Source: Polyangiales bacterium (GTDB lineage Bacteria > Myxococcota_A > Polyangia > Polyangiales > Polyangiaceae). Taken from it: 64,000 nt of DNA. This document shows, in pieces, positions 47,864 to 57,055 of this stretch. The position numbers and the translations under genes are program-made. The notes under the pieces are model-generated. The model worked only from the letters and a program-made list of their open reading frames with translations, ran no database searches and had not been told where the DNA came from. Position 1 is the stretch's first letter, and each line of letters opens with the position of its first letter. The stretch covers positions 96,001-160,000 of the forward strand of contig JBBRNJ010000002.1 of the NCBI GenBank assembly GCA_038230375.1. The letters are read 5' to 3'.

Positions 47864-48493
47864 GTGTCCACCGCCCGCGCACCCGGAAGAGGAAAGTACG
47901 ATCGTCAGGCCTCACCCGAGGACCGGCAGAAGCAGCAGCGCCGCCTGATCTTCCGCGCGGCCACGTCGGTGTTCGCAAGGAAGGGCTTCGCCGGTGCCAC
48001 CGTCGATCAGATCTGCGCGGAGGCCGGTGTCAGTCGGCGGACGTTCTACGAGCATTTCGACGATCTCAAGGACGTGCTGCTGCAGCTGCACGACCGCATC
48101 GCGAACGCGTCGTTCCGCGCGATCGAGAGCATGGTCCAGGGCCAGCATCACCCCAACGATCAGCTGCGCGCCGGCGTGCAGGCGTTCACAGGGCTCATCG
48201 CCAACTTCGGCGATCAGTCTCGCGTGCTCTTTCGCGAGGTGCGCGCAGCGGGCCCCGAGCACGAGGTGAGGCGCGAGGTGCTCCTTGGTCGTTTCGTCGC
48301 GCTGCTGTTCGCTGGCGTCGCGCGCGCCAACGTGATGGGCATCGCCACGAAGCCCCCCGACGAGCTCCGCATCTTCGCCCTGGTCGCGGCCATGGAAGCG
48401 GTCGCCATGCGCTACGTCGATCGCAACGCCGGCCCGCGCGCGATAGAGGCCGTCGAGCCACTGGTCGACATGGTCATCCGCGCCTTCGCCTGA
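47864..48493 (+). CDS. TetR/AcrR family transcriptional regulator
   Basis: AATSVFARKGF..ATVDQICAEAGVSRRTFYEHF; divergent from esterase pair. Alternative TTG 47846. Confidence 0.93.
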   Translation: MSTARAPGRGKYDRQASPEDRQKQQRRLIFRAATSVFARKGFAGATVDQICAEAGVSRRTFYEHFDDLKDVLLQLHDRIANASFRAIESMVQGQHHPNDQLRAGVQAFTGLIANFGDQSRVLFREVRAAGPEHEVRREVLLGRFVALLFAGVARANVMGIATKPPDELRIFALVAAMEAVAMRYVDRNAGPRAIEAVEPLVDMVIRAFA

Positions 48494-48496
48494 CGC

Positions 48497-48731
48497 TAGT
48501 TCTACTGCGGGAAGTTGCGTCCCAGTTCTCAGTTCCGTTCGGGCTTGCGCGCGGCAGCGTGAAAAACGCGGCGGGGCCGCTGTCAGGGCTCCTGAAGCGA
48601 ACGAGCGACGCTTGGCGTCTGTTGCTCGCTGCCGCCAGTGGTCCCCGGATACGCCGGGTATTGTCCCGTTGCCACGGCGCGATTGATGCGTAGATTCGCG
48701 CCTGGGACGGCGACATCCCGCAGTAGTGCTA
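48497..48731. mobile_element. MITE-like/structured intergenic element with about 30-bp imperfect terminal inverted repeats
   Basis: Left TAGTTCTACTGCGGGAAGTTGCGTCCCAG; reverse complement of right end TAGCACTACTGCGGGATGTCGCCGTCCCAG; TA at both ends; several internal hairpins; no credible ORF. Confidence 0.55.
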
Positions 48732-49184
48732 CGTGGTGGCGGCGAGGAGCATCTCGATGTGGGGGATGCCGTCTTCGTCGTATTCGGGGCCCGCGGTCTG
48801 GAAGCCCAGCGACTCGTAGAAGCGCGTGAGGTAGCGCTGCGCGCCGATGCGAATTGGACCGTGCCCGAAGGCCGCGTGCGTCTCTGCGATCGCGGTCGTC
48901 ATGAGCGCGCGTCCTGCGCCGGCGCGGCGGACGTCGGGGTGGGTGACGACGCGTCCGATCGCTGGCTCCGCGAAGCTCTTTCCCGCTGGCAGCAGGCGCG
49001 CATAGGCCACGAGCCTCCCATGCTCGTCGCGGCCAAGCAGGTGCAGCGCGACGCGATCCTTGCCGTCGCAGTCGTTGTATACGCACTTCTGCTCCACCAC
49101 GAACACGAGCTGTCGGAGCGCGAGCACGTCATAGAGCTCGGAAGCGCTGAGGCTGTCGAATGGTCGTGTTTCCCAGCGGTGCAT
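48729..49184 (-). CDS. elaA: GNAT N-acetyltransferase, ElaA-like
   Basis: LYDVLALRQLVFVVEQKCVY, IGRVV, GAQRYL..FYESLGF, YDEDGIPHIEM. Confidence 0.9.
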   Translation of the reverse strand: MHRWETRPFDSLSASELYDVLALRQLVFVVEQKCVYNDCDGKDRVALHLLGRDEHGRLVAYARLLPAGKSFAEPAIGRVVTHPDVRRAGAGRALMTTAIAETHAAFGHGPIRIGAQRYLTRFYESLGFQTAGPEYDEDGIPHIEMLLAATT

Positions 49185-49269
49185 GTGAAGAGCGAGCATA
49201 CAGCCCCGCATGCGCCAACGCCGTGGCCCGTTGCAACGATCCTGTTTACGACGACCTTGCTTTCGAGCT

Positions 49270-49306
49270 GCGGCAGCGTGACCAGCGCGGCGGGGCCGCA
49301 GTGAGG
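49270..49306 (+). repeat. Second copy of the internal motif of the 48497-48731 element
   Basis: GCGGCAGCGTGACCAGCGCGGCGGGGCCGC vs GCGGCAGCGTGAAAAACGCGGCGGGGCCGC (48551-48580), 27/30 identical. Confidence 0.85.
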
Positions 49307-49417
49307 ACGACTTCAGCTTGGAAGGAACGCGAGGCCCGCACTCGCCATCAATGCACCACCCGGCCGCACCTTGTGAACAGGACAGCATCAAGTGGCCTTG
49401 GTGTTAGAGTTGCCCGC

Positions 49418-50179
49418 ATGAACGGCTCTCGCATCTATGCCCAGGTCGACAAGCGCGTGGTTCTCGACGCCGCCGACGACTACGCGGCGCGGCCGATCCT
49501 GGACCGGACGCAGGGACAGGAGCACGCCCGGCGCGCCGTCACGGACGGCGTGTTCAAGCCCTCGGACATCGAGTCCGCGCGCCTCCAGGACGTGAAGCTC
49601 CTGTTCGTGCCGTTCTGGCGCATCGACGTCTCCGTTGACGGCTCCCACGTGGACATCGGAAAGCTGACCGTGGGGAAGATCCCGCTGCCGACCGGCGGCT
49701 CGCGGCACAAGGAGGCCGTGGTGATGGTCTGTGCGCGCACGCTCTTCCCCTACGAGCCAAAGCTGCCGTCCTGGATGAGTGGAAAGCTGGATGGTGTCGC
49801 CCCGCTCGAGGTGTCCGTCGCCGAGCTCCTCCCGTGCGAGAAGATGCCGCAAGGCGAGATCGATGCGGGGGAGGTGGTGGACCCAGACGTCACGCAAGAG
49901 GGCGCCACCAAGATCGCGTCGCGCATGGTCGTGCGCGCGGTGTCGCCGCAGAACGCGCTCATCTCCAAGTACGAGCCCACGATCCGCTCGGTGCTGTTCT
50001 GCAGATATCCCGTGTATTATGCACGCTACGAGTACAGCGGTGTCGCGCTCCGTTCGCCCGGCGAAGAGTTCTTCGTGTGCGTCTCGGCGCGGACCGGCAA
50101 GACGGTGAGCTCACACCATCCGTCGATGATGCGCGCGGCGGCGGAGAAGTTCAGGAAGCTCATCACCTTCGGGAGGTGA
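49418..50179 (+). CDS. Hypothetical protein
   Basis: ATG 49418, native GC3-rich codons, no recognised motif. Confidence 0.7.
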   Translation: MNGSRIYAQVDKRVVLDAADDYAARPILDRTQGQEHARRAVTDGVFKPSDIESARLQDVKLLFVPFWRIDVSVDGSHVDIGKLTVGKIPLPTGGSRHKEAVVMVCARTLFPYEPKLPSWMSGKLDGVAPLEVSVAELLPCEKMPQGEIDAGEVVDPDVTQEGATKIASRMVVRAVSPQNALISKYEPTIRSVLFCRYPVYYARYEYSGVALRSPGEEFFVCVSARTGKTVSSHHPSMMRAAAEKFRKLITFGR

Positions 50180-50199
50180 GCCGCGGGAAGACGCACGGC

Positions 50200-50985
50200 T
50201 CAGCGTGCGTCCGTCCCCGCGTCCTTCGGCTTTTCGACTGGTGGATCGGGCGCGGGCTGCGTGGCCAGGAACTCCCAGAACGCACCGGCCCACAGCTCGC
50301 CGCCTTCGTCCGTGGGGTGAATGCCGTCGTTGCGTCGCGGGATCACGAGCCCCGGGTGATCGGTGAGCACGTCGAAGAAGCGGCACGGCGCTGCGTGCTC
50401 GGAGATGGTCTTGATGACTCCGGTGTCCGGCTTCCACAGCGGCGGCGCTACCCAGTAGCACTCCTTGCCTCTGAGCTTTCGCACCGCGCCTTCGATGTGC
50501 GGGATCAAGTACTCGGGGTGCGGCATGAAGACGTCGTTCGCGCCGAGCGTGAGGATGACGACGTCAGGATTGGTGCGCGCAAGAAGCTTGGTGAGGTAGT
50601 CGCCCTGCGCGGCCTCGTGCATGAACAGGCTGGTCTGCGAGTCGTGCATGAACTTCGCGGAGGAGCCGTGGAAGCGCTGCTCGAGCGCGCGCGTGAGGCC
50701 GCCCGCGCCGCCAACGAACGAGTCTCCGCAATGCAGCACGCGCTTGCCTCCGAAGCGCGAGAGGATCGGATATCCGCCATCGGCGAACTGCGTCGCGTCG
50801 GTGAGGATGTCCGCCGGTGCGTCGGTGGAGGCGTCCAGGGTTGCGTTCGTGGCGTCGAGCTCGCTCGCGTCTGGCGTCACGCCGGAGTCTGGCGCTTTTT
50901 GCGGGACGGATCTGGATGAGCACGCGCCCACCGCGCCGAGCCACAGGCATGTGCTCACCAGGGACCAGAGGCGAATGGAACGCAC
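50200..50985 (-). CDS. SGNH hydrolase-like (DUF459-like) lipoprotein
   Basis: Lipobox VGAC; GDSF, LGAND, DGIHP. Confidence 0.82.
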   Translation of the reverse strand: MRSIRLWSLVSTCLWLGAVGACSSRSVPQKAPDSGVTPDASELDATNATLDASTDAPADILTDATQFADGGYPILSRFGGKRVLHCGDSFVGGAGGLTRALEQRFHGSSAKFMHDSQTSLFMHEAAQGDYLTKLLARTNPDVVILTLGANDVFMPHPEYLIPHIEGAVRKLRGKECYWVAPPLWKPDTGVIKTISEHAAPCRFFDVLTDHPGLVIPRRNDGIHPTDEGGELWAGAFWEFLATQPAPDPPVEKPKDAGTDAR

Positions 50986-51067
50986 GGGCTTGCTCCGTGA
51001 TCGCGAATTGCAGCCCAAATTCGGCACGAACTCAGGCTCGATTGGGCATAGACGCTATCGACCGGCT

Positions 51068-52147
51068 CTATTGACCCACGTCGCCGCAGCAGCGAAAGCC
51101 GGTGCTGTAGTCGTGGTACCAGGCCGCGTGCGCGTCCGTGCGGTAGTTGCAGCCTTCGCCGTTCAGCTTCGTGTCCTGGAAGTAGCCGCCCAGGAACGTG
51201 CCTTCGGGATCGTCCACCCACTCGTGGATGTTGCCGACCATGTCGTAGACGCCGTAGCCGTTGGAGCAGTCGTCGTGGTCGCCGGTGCCCGAGAGCGTCT
51301 GCCCCATCTGGTTCAGCTCCGGAGCATTCATGCGCCGGTTGTCCCAGTTCGCTTGCACGGACAGGTCGCCGCTCATTCCCCAGAAGCGGGTCACGGGCGA
51401 GAGGCCGTAGTTGTTGCAGCGCTTGGCTTCGTCCTCGTTGCCGTAGCCATAGCGAAGGTTCTCCGGGCCCTTGCAGGCCTTCCGCCATTCGGACGGCTTG
51501 CAGAGTCGCTTGCCGGAGCGGCCGCATGCCTCGATCGACTGCTTCTCGCTTATATATCCCTGCGGCTTCACGCCCTTCTCGCTGACGGCGCGGACCACGT
51601 GGCCCTCGACCGGGAGATAGTGCGGCCAGGGAAGCTCGAGGCCGTCCTCGGTCAGCTCCACCAGCGAGGCCTCATAGCGATCGATGCAGTAGAGATCGTC
51701 CACCGAGGCCATGTCCGGCGGGCACAAGCCGTTCTTGTCGAGGGGGCGGGCGCCTTCCGGCAGCAGGTCCTCGAGCGCGGTGCCGCCCAGGCTGCCGACA
51801 GAGTCGCTACCGACGCCGGCGCCGCTGGTGCTCGTTCCGAACGCCCCAAACGCGAAGATGGGTGCGCGGACGCGGGCGGGGGAGACGGTGAGAGCCCCGA
51901 GCTCGGTCGAGCTGGGCCCAAGTCCGTTCGCTGTACGGCTGGAGCGGCCGCGTGCAGCGACCCGGTGAATCGAGCTGCCGCTGGAGCGAGTGTTGGTGCT
52001 GGCGCCGGTCGTGATTCCAGTCGCATCCGACGGCTCGGACAGCGCCTTCGCGCAGCCGGTCACCGTGAACGCAAGAGAGGTCCCCACCACGAGGAGGGAC
52101 AGCGGAACCAGGACACCAGCAAACGCAATTCTCGGGAGTACGGCCAA
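51068..52147 (-). CDS. FGE-sulfatase (SUMF1/EgtB/PvdO) fold secreted protein
   Basis: SD GGAGGTG before TTG 52147; CPPDM..CIDRYEA, GKRLC..EWRKAC, DMVGNIHEW, TGFRCC. Confidence 0.9.
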   Translation of the reverse strand: MAVLPRIAFAGVLVPLSLLVVGTSLAFTVTGCAKALSEPSDATGITTGASTNTRSSGSSIHRVAARGRSSRTANGLGPSSTELGALTVSPARVRAPIFAFGAFGTSTSGAGVGSDSVGSLGGTALEDLLPEGARPLDKNGLCPPDMASVDDLYCIDRYEASLVELTEDGLELPWPHYLPVEGHVVRAVSEKGVKPQGYISEKQSIEACGRSGKRLCKPSEWRKACKGPENLRYGYGNEDEAKRCNNYGLSPVTRFWGMSGDLSVQANWDNRRMNAPELNQMGQTLSGTGDHDDCSNGYGVYDMVGNIHEWVDDPEGTFLGGYFQDTKLNGEGCNYRTDAHAAWYHDYSTGFRCCGDVGQ

Positions 52148-52441
52148 AACTTCACCTCCAGAGCGTGCCGCGAACGGATGTACGCGACGCAACGGGAATA
52201 CAGTTCCCGCGTGTTCAGCGAAACCGAAATCGACGCTGAGACGTTCCCGTTATGTAGGTGTGTTGTCGTGCATCTATACGAAAGGAATCAAAAAAACGTT
52301 GCGATATTGGTCGGTTGGGCGCCAGTCTCTCGAAATCGCCCGAACCGTGTATCTTACAGTAAATTCATGCGAAAAATGGCCCCTCGACCGCCTCGAACGA
52401 GCCAAAAAAGGCTGTCGAACTCGCGATAGGCTGGCGGTCGC

Positions 52442-53592
52442 ATGGCTGTTGTTCACCGCATCTACTTCTCTCCCGGCATGTTCGGCTTCGGTCGCCTCGC
52501 CCGGTCGACTACTTCGCCCATCTCGAGAAGGCGCTGACGCGACGGTTCGTGGAGCGCGGGCTTTCGGTGGAGACGTTCGTCAATGACGTTGCGCCGACGG
52601 CTTCGATAAGAAGGCGTGCCGCGCGGCTCGCGGAGCTGATCGCGCGCACAGCCTCGGACGATCTCGGGCCGATCCACCTCGTCGGGCACTCGACCGGTGG
52701 GTTGGACGCACGCATCGTGGCGTCGCCATCGGGTGCGCTTGGTGTAGCCGCGGACAAGCTCGCGTTTCGGCCCAGGATTCGCACGATCACCACGCTCAAC
52801 ACCCCGCATTTCGGTACACCTCTCGCCAGCTTCTTCACCACCGTCAGCGGTCAGCGGCTCCTCTATGCGCTCAGCGCTCTGACGTTCATCGCGCTGTCGC
52901 TCGGCGGTCCTCCGCTGTCCGTGGGCGGCACGTTCGTTCTCGCCATCGGCCGCATCGACAAGCTGATTGGCCTCCGGCTGCGCGTGCTGGACTCGGCCAC
53001 GGACCGCCTGCTCAACGTGCTCGAGCCCGAGACGATGCGAGAAGTGACGAGCTACCTCGAGGCCATCAAGAAGGATCAGGGCGCCATGGTGCAGCTCATG
53101 CCCGAGGCGATGGATCTTTTCGTCGCCGGCATCGAGGACTGCCCGACAGTCCGGTATCAATCGGTCGCCACCATGGCGACCCCGCCGAGCCCGGGCCGGG
53201 CCATCAAGGCGCTCCTCCACCCCTGGACGGTGCTGTCGGGCACCATCTTCGCCACGCTCTACGGGATCACGTCCCGCATGGACGAGGTCTACCCGTGCTC
53301 ATCCGAGACCCTCGACAACGACGTGGAGGCCATCCTGCGCGAGGCGTTCGGTCACGCGCCGGGCGGTCGCTCCAACGACGGGGTGGTCCCGCTCCGCTCC
53401 CAGATCTGGGGGAAGCTGGTCTGGGCAGGGCTCGGTGATCACCTGGATGTGCTGGGACACTTCTCTGGCAAGGAACCCCAGAGCGAGCACAAGGACTGGC
53501 TCACGTCCGGCTCCGGCTTCGACGAGGCACGCTTCGGCACGATGGTCGACCGCATCGCCGACGGCATGCTCAGCGGCGAGCCGACGACGTGA
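52442..53592 (+). pseudogene. Triacylglycerol lipase/esterase with a 1-bp frameshift near 52500 (pseudogene or sequence error)
   Basis: MAVVHRIYFSPGMFGFGRLA in one frame continues as PVDYFAHLEKAL... in another; GHSTGG, TPHFGTP, NDGVVP, DHLDVLGH. Confidence 0.75.
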
Positions 53593-54682
53593 CGCTTCGG
53601 TAGATCTCCGCGTAGCCGGCGGCCATCGACGCCCGCGAATACGACGCAACGACCTTCGCGCGGGCGCGCCCGCCGAGCTCTGGCAACGTTGCCAGGTTCT
53701 CCTTGGCGTCGCGCATGTGCGCGGCAAGCTGATCGACCCGCGCCACGTCGACCTCGCGTGAGGGCGCGCCCACGAGCGAGATGTCCGGATCGGTGATCTC
53801 GCGAATGCCACCCGTGGCGAGGCCCACGACGGGCCGCCCCATCGCCATGGCCTCCAGGAATGCAATGCCAAGGCCTTCGGCGCGCGAGCTGGCGAGGATG
53901 GCGTGCGCCTCTGGAATGACTGTGGTCGGATCGTCCACGTGGCCGCGCAGCTCCACCCGCGCGTCCAGCCCGAGATCCTTCACCAGCCGCGCAATGTCCG
54001 CGCGGTCCTCGCCGTCACCACACAACAGGAGCCGCACGTCGGGGACGCGGGCAAGGGCCCTGAGCGCGAGGTCGGCGCCCTTGCGCGGCTCGAGGCGGCC
54101 CAGGAACAGCAACGTGAGCGGTCTGCCGGCAGGCAGCGGCGGCGCGAGCACGAACCTGTCCGTGTCGACGCCATTCGGGATCACACTGACCTTCTTGGCG
54201 GCCCACGGTGCCTTCTTCCGGAAGCGTTCAGCGACGTGCGCGCTCACCGCGACGGACGCGGAGGCGCGCGCAAGCGACCAGCGGGCGAAGGGCCAGGCCG
54301 TGGGGTCGTCGAGCACGCGCGTGGAGTGCTCGGTGCGCACCACTGGCAGCCCGAGCGATCGCGCGGCGCGCGTGCCGAGCACCTGCGAGCCCAGCGTGTG
54401 AACGTGCACCACGTCCACGGCTGCGTCGCTGAGCTCGCGCGTCAGCCACGTAGCGTCCAATGGGCCAAGCTGCCGCCACACGAAGGCGACCGGATTCTCG
54501 TGGACGGCGCCGCGGTCGTGGACAACGAGCTCCGCATCTCGGAAGACCTTGTAGAGCGGCCGCGACGGCGTGAAGAGGAACACCTCGTGGGCCGCGCCTG
54601 TCTCCACGCTTCGCGCGAGCGTGGCAAGCATGCGCTCGGCGCCGCCGATCTCTCCCGCGACCACGACGTGCCCGATCTTCAA
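53570..54682 (-). CDS. GT4 glycosyltransferase
   Basis: TTG overlapping upstream TGA; IGGAER, VIPNGVD, GRLEPRKG, EGLGIAFLEAMAMGRPVV. Confidence 0.92.
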   Translation of the reverse strand: MKIGHVVVAGEIGGAERMLATLARSVETGAAHEVFLFTPSRPLYKVFRDAELVVHDRGAVHENPVAFVWRQLGPLDATWLTRELSDAAVDVVHVHTLGSQVLGTRAARSLGLPVVRTEHSTRVLDDPTAWPFARWSLARASASVAVSAHVAERFRKKAPWAAKKVSVIPNGVDTDRFVLAPPLPAGRPLTLLFLGRLEPRKGADLALRALARVPDVRLLLCGDGEDRADIARLVKDLGLDARVELRGHVDDPTTVIPEAHAILASSRAEGLGIAFLEAMAMGRPVVGLATGGIREITDPDISLVGAPSREVDVARVDQLAAHMRDAKENLATLPELGGRARAKVVASYSRASMAAGYAEIYRSVTSSARR

Positions 54683-56004
54683 AGCTTCTCTGCTTTCTCG
54701 CTGGCGTCGCGCGCGATCAGCTGTGTGATACGGCGCTCGAACCGAACGTAGAACACGATCGCCACCACCGTCTGCATCATGGACGTCGAGAGCGCGATCC
54801 CCTCGAGGCCGAGCACCGACAGGAGGATGACGTTGAACACGGCGTTCGCCGTGGCGTTCAGGAAGCCCATCGAGATCATGATGCCGCTGTTCTGGATGGC
54901 CACGTGGGCGCGCGCAAGCACCAGGAGCGCACCGAACGAGGCAACGCCGACGAGGTGATAGGGGACGATCTTTGCCATGCGCTCCACGCCCCCCGCGTCC
55001 ATCTGCCCGTGCAGGAATGCGAGCCGCAGCAGCGGTCCGCGCACCACGAAGAGGAGGCCGCTCGTGGCCACGGCCGCCGCGGTGACCCATACGATGGCCT
55101 TGCGCACCGTGGTCCGCAGCTTCTCGTACTGGCGCTCCGCGTAGTCGTCGGACAGGTGCGAGAGCAGCACGGGGAGCAGCGCGGCCTGGAGCAGTGAGGT
55201 GGGCAGCGACGCGACGTCGCCCGAGTAGCGGAGCAGCGTGCCGCCGCCAGACACGTTTGCCATGCCGGCCATCAGCTGATCGACCACCGGGTTCACGCGT
55301 GTCACGGCGCCGCCCGACACCTCTGCGGCGATCAGGCGCACGAAGCGTCGCAGCGGCTCCGTCACGGTCAGAGACAGCTTGATGTCGAGTGCCTTCCGCG
55401 CGAAGAGCCACGTGAGCGCGATCGTGGTGAGCTCGCCGCCCAGCTGCCCCACGGGCACCGCCGCCACGCCGGCGGACGTTCGCATCCCGTAGATGGTGCC
55501 CAGCGTGCAGAGCACGCCCGCCGCGCTCAGGATCGGCTGCTGGAAGAACTTCTTCTCCGCGGAGAGGAGCGCGAACAGCAGCGTCTTCACGGAGAGCGCG
55601 AGCAGGAAGAAGCAGAACGGCACGACCATCTTCGCGGCGAGCTCGAGCTCCGCGGCTCCGTATTTCATGCGGAAGTAGATCGTGGCGAGCAGGCCGATGA
55701 TCGCCGACAGGCCGCCGCCCACGATCAGCGTGTAGGCGACGAGCGAGCCGCGAAGCTGCGGCAGCGACGCAGGGTCCTTCTTCCGCGCCTCCGCGAGGAT
55801 CGGCACCACGGCGGAGTCCTGGTAAGCCGCAAACACCAGCGAGCCCGCGAGCGAGAACACCGCCCACGAGAAATAGTAGACGTCCGTCGCCACCGAGCGC
55901 CCGAACAGCGTCGCGAGGAGCAGCGGTAGCAGGGCCTCGGTCGCGCGGAGCAGCACCTGCGCCGGGAAGAGCAGCGCAGCGGTCCTGGCGATCTGGTTGC
56001 TCAC
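54679..56004 (-). CDS. MurJ/MviN-like (MOP superfamily) flippase
   Basis: FGRSVATDVY, VNPVVDQLMA, LLPVLLS, GIALSTS; about 12 TM. Confidence 0.82.
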   Translation of the reverse strand: MSNQIARTAALLFPAQVLLRATEALLPLLLATLFGRSVATDVYYFSWAVFSLAGSLVFAAYQDSAVVPILAEARKKDPASLPQLRGSLVAYTLIVGGGLSAIIGLLATIYFRMKYGAAELELAAKMVVPFCFFLLALSVKTLLFALLSAEKKFFQQPILSAAGVLCTLGTIYGMRTSAGVAAVPVGQLGGELTTIALTWLFARKALDIKLSLTVTEPLRRFVRLIAAEVSGGAVTRVNPVVDQLMAGMANVSGGGTLLRYSGDVASLPTSLLQAALLPVLLSHLSDDYAERQYEKLRTTVRKAIVWVTAAAVATSGLLFVVRGPLLRLAFLHGQMDAGGVERMAKIVPYHLVGVASFGALLVLARAHVAIQNSGIMISMGFLNATANAVFNVILLSVLGLEGIALSTSMMQTVVAIVFYVRFERRITQLIARDASEKAEKL

Positions 56005-56939
56005 GGCGCGAGGATCTCTGGCAGATCCGATAGGCCCACGACGCTGACGCCCTCCCGCTCGCAGAACGAGAGCAGCGCGGACAGGCGCGACAGGATCGCG
56101 CGGGCCTCGGACTCGTTCTTTGCGTATGGGCTCTTGCCGGGAACGACCTCCACGTTGTGGAACATGGCGCAGAGGACCAGCGGTCGGTCCGGCGCGGCGG
56201 CGAGCGCAGCAGCAAGCTCCTCCTTCGCGACCTGGACGATGCTCTCCTCCGTCCCGCGCGTGGGACGCAGCCACCGTGGCTCTGCGAGCTTGCCGACGAT
56301 CGGGATGCGGGAGAGCGCGCTCGGGCGGATCGTCACGGGCACCTCCCACATGCGCGAGCTCCCGGGACGGCCGGGCTCGTTCGGATCTGGATGGTATGGC
56401 TGGGTGGGGGAGCCGCGGAAGTCGAGGCCTCGTGCGCCCGCGCTGGACCATTCCATGTGCGGCGTCACGCTCGACTCCACCTCGTAGCCCAGCGACTCCA
56501 GGATGGGCACGCTGTTCTTGCCGACGCCGAAGCGCCCGGCGCGGAAGCACGTGGGCTTGCGATCGAAGGTCGCCGTGAACGACTCCGTGAGCGTGGTGAG
56601 CTTCGCGCGCTCCTCTTCCGCGGAGCAGTCACGCTGGAACGCCGCTGTCTCGTCCGGGATGTAGGCACCAGGCTCCGCGAGCTCCGCGTGGAGATGGGTG
56701 CCGAGATCGCTCTCCTTCGCCAGCGTGCGCAGGAGCGCGACGCTCTCCTCGTGTCGCATGATCTCAGGAGACAGGAGGTAGGTCGCCTTCGCGCGGTGCT
56801 CGCGGAAGAGGGGCGCCAGGCGTTGCCCGAGACCATCCTTGATGCCGGAGAATCCAAGCGGCTTCTCCACCTTCCAGCCCGCGCCCTTGTCGCACTCCGT
56901 ATCGATCGTGACGCAGAGGTAGCGGGAGCGGATGGTCAC
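56001..56939 (-). CDS. Polysaccharide deacetylase-like (WalW-like) protein
   Basis: CVTIDTECD, LGTHLH, FRAGRFG, WEVPVT, MFH. Confidence 0.8.
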   Translation of the reverse strand: MTIRSRYLCVTIDTECDKGAGWKVEKPLGFSGIKDGLGQRLAPLFREHRAKATYLLSPEIMRHEESVALLRTLAKESDLGTHLHAELAEPGAYIPDETAAFQRDCSAEEERAKLTTLTESFTATFDRKPTCFRAGRFGVGKNSVPILESLGYEVESSVTPHMEWSSAGARGLDFRGSPTQPYHPDPNEPGRPGSSRMWEVPVTIRPSALSRIPIVGKLAEPRWLRPTRGTEESIVQVAKEELAAALAAAPDRPLVLCAMFHNVEVVPGKSPYAKNESEARAILSRLSALLSFCEREGVSVVGLSDLPEILAP

Positions 56940-57055
56940 GACCCCATCGATATAGCAAAAAAGAACACCCCGTCGGGTATCACGAAGCGCGTCGGCGCCT
57001 GTGCGTGAAGCCAGGCGCCGCTCGTTCACGCTCGCGTTCGAGCGGCTGTGTCAGC

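Noticed and set aside
48497..48731. 6S RNA or CRISPR repeat
   Set aside because: Branched multi-hairpin interior rather than a rod with central bubble, wrong gene context, no regularly spaced array, no cas genes.
54683..56550. 881-aa GT4 and 623-aa flippase long ORFs
   Set aside because: Upstream parts are alternative frames over neighbouring genes; true starts overlap upstream stops at 54682 and 56004.
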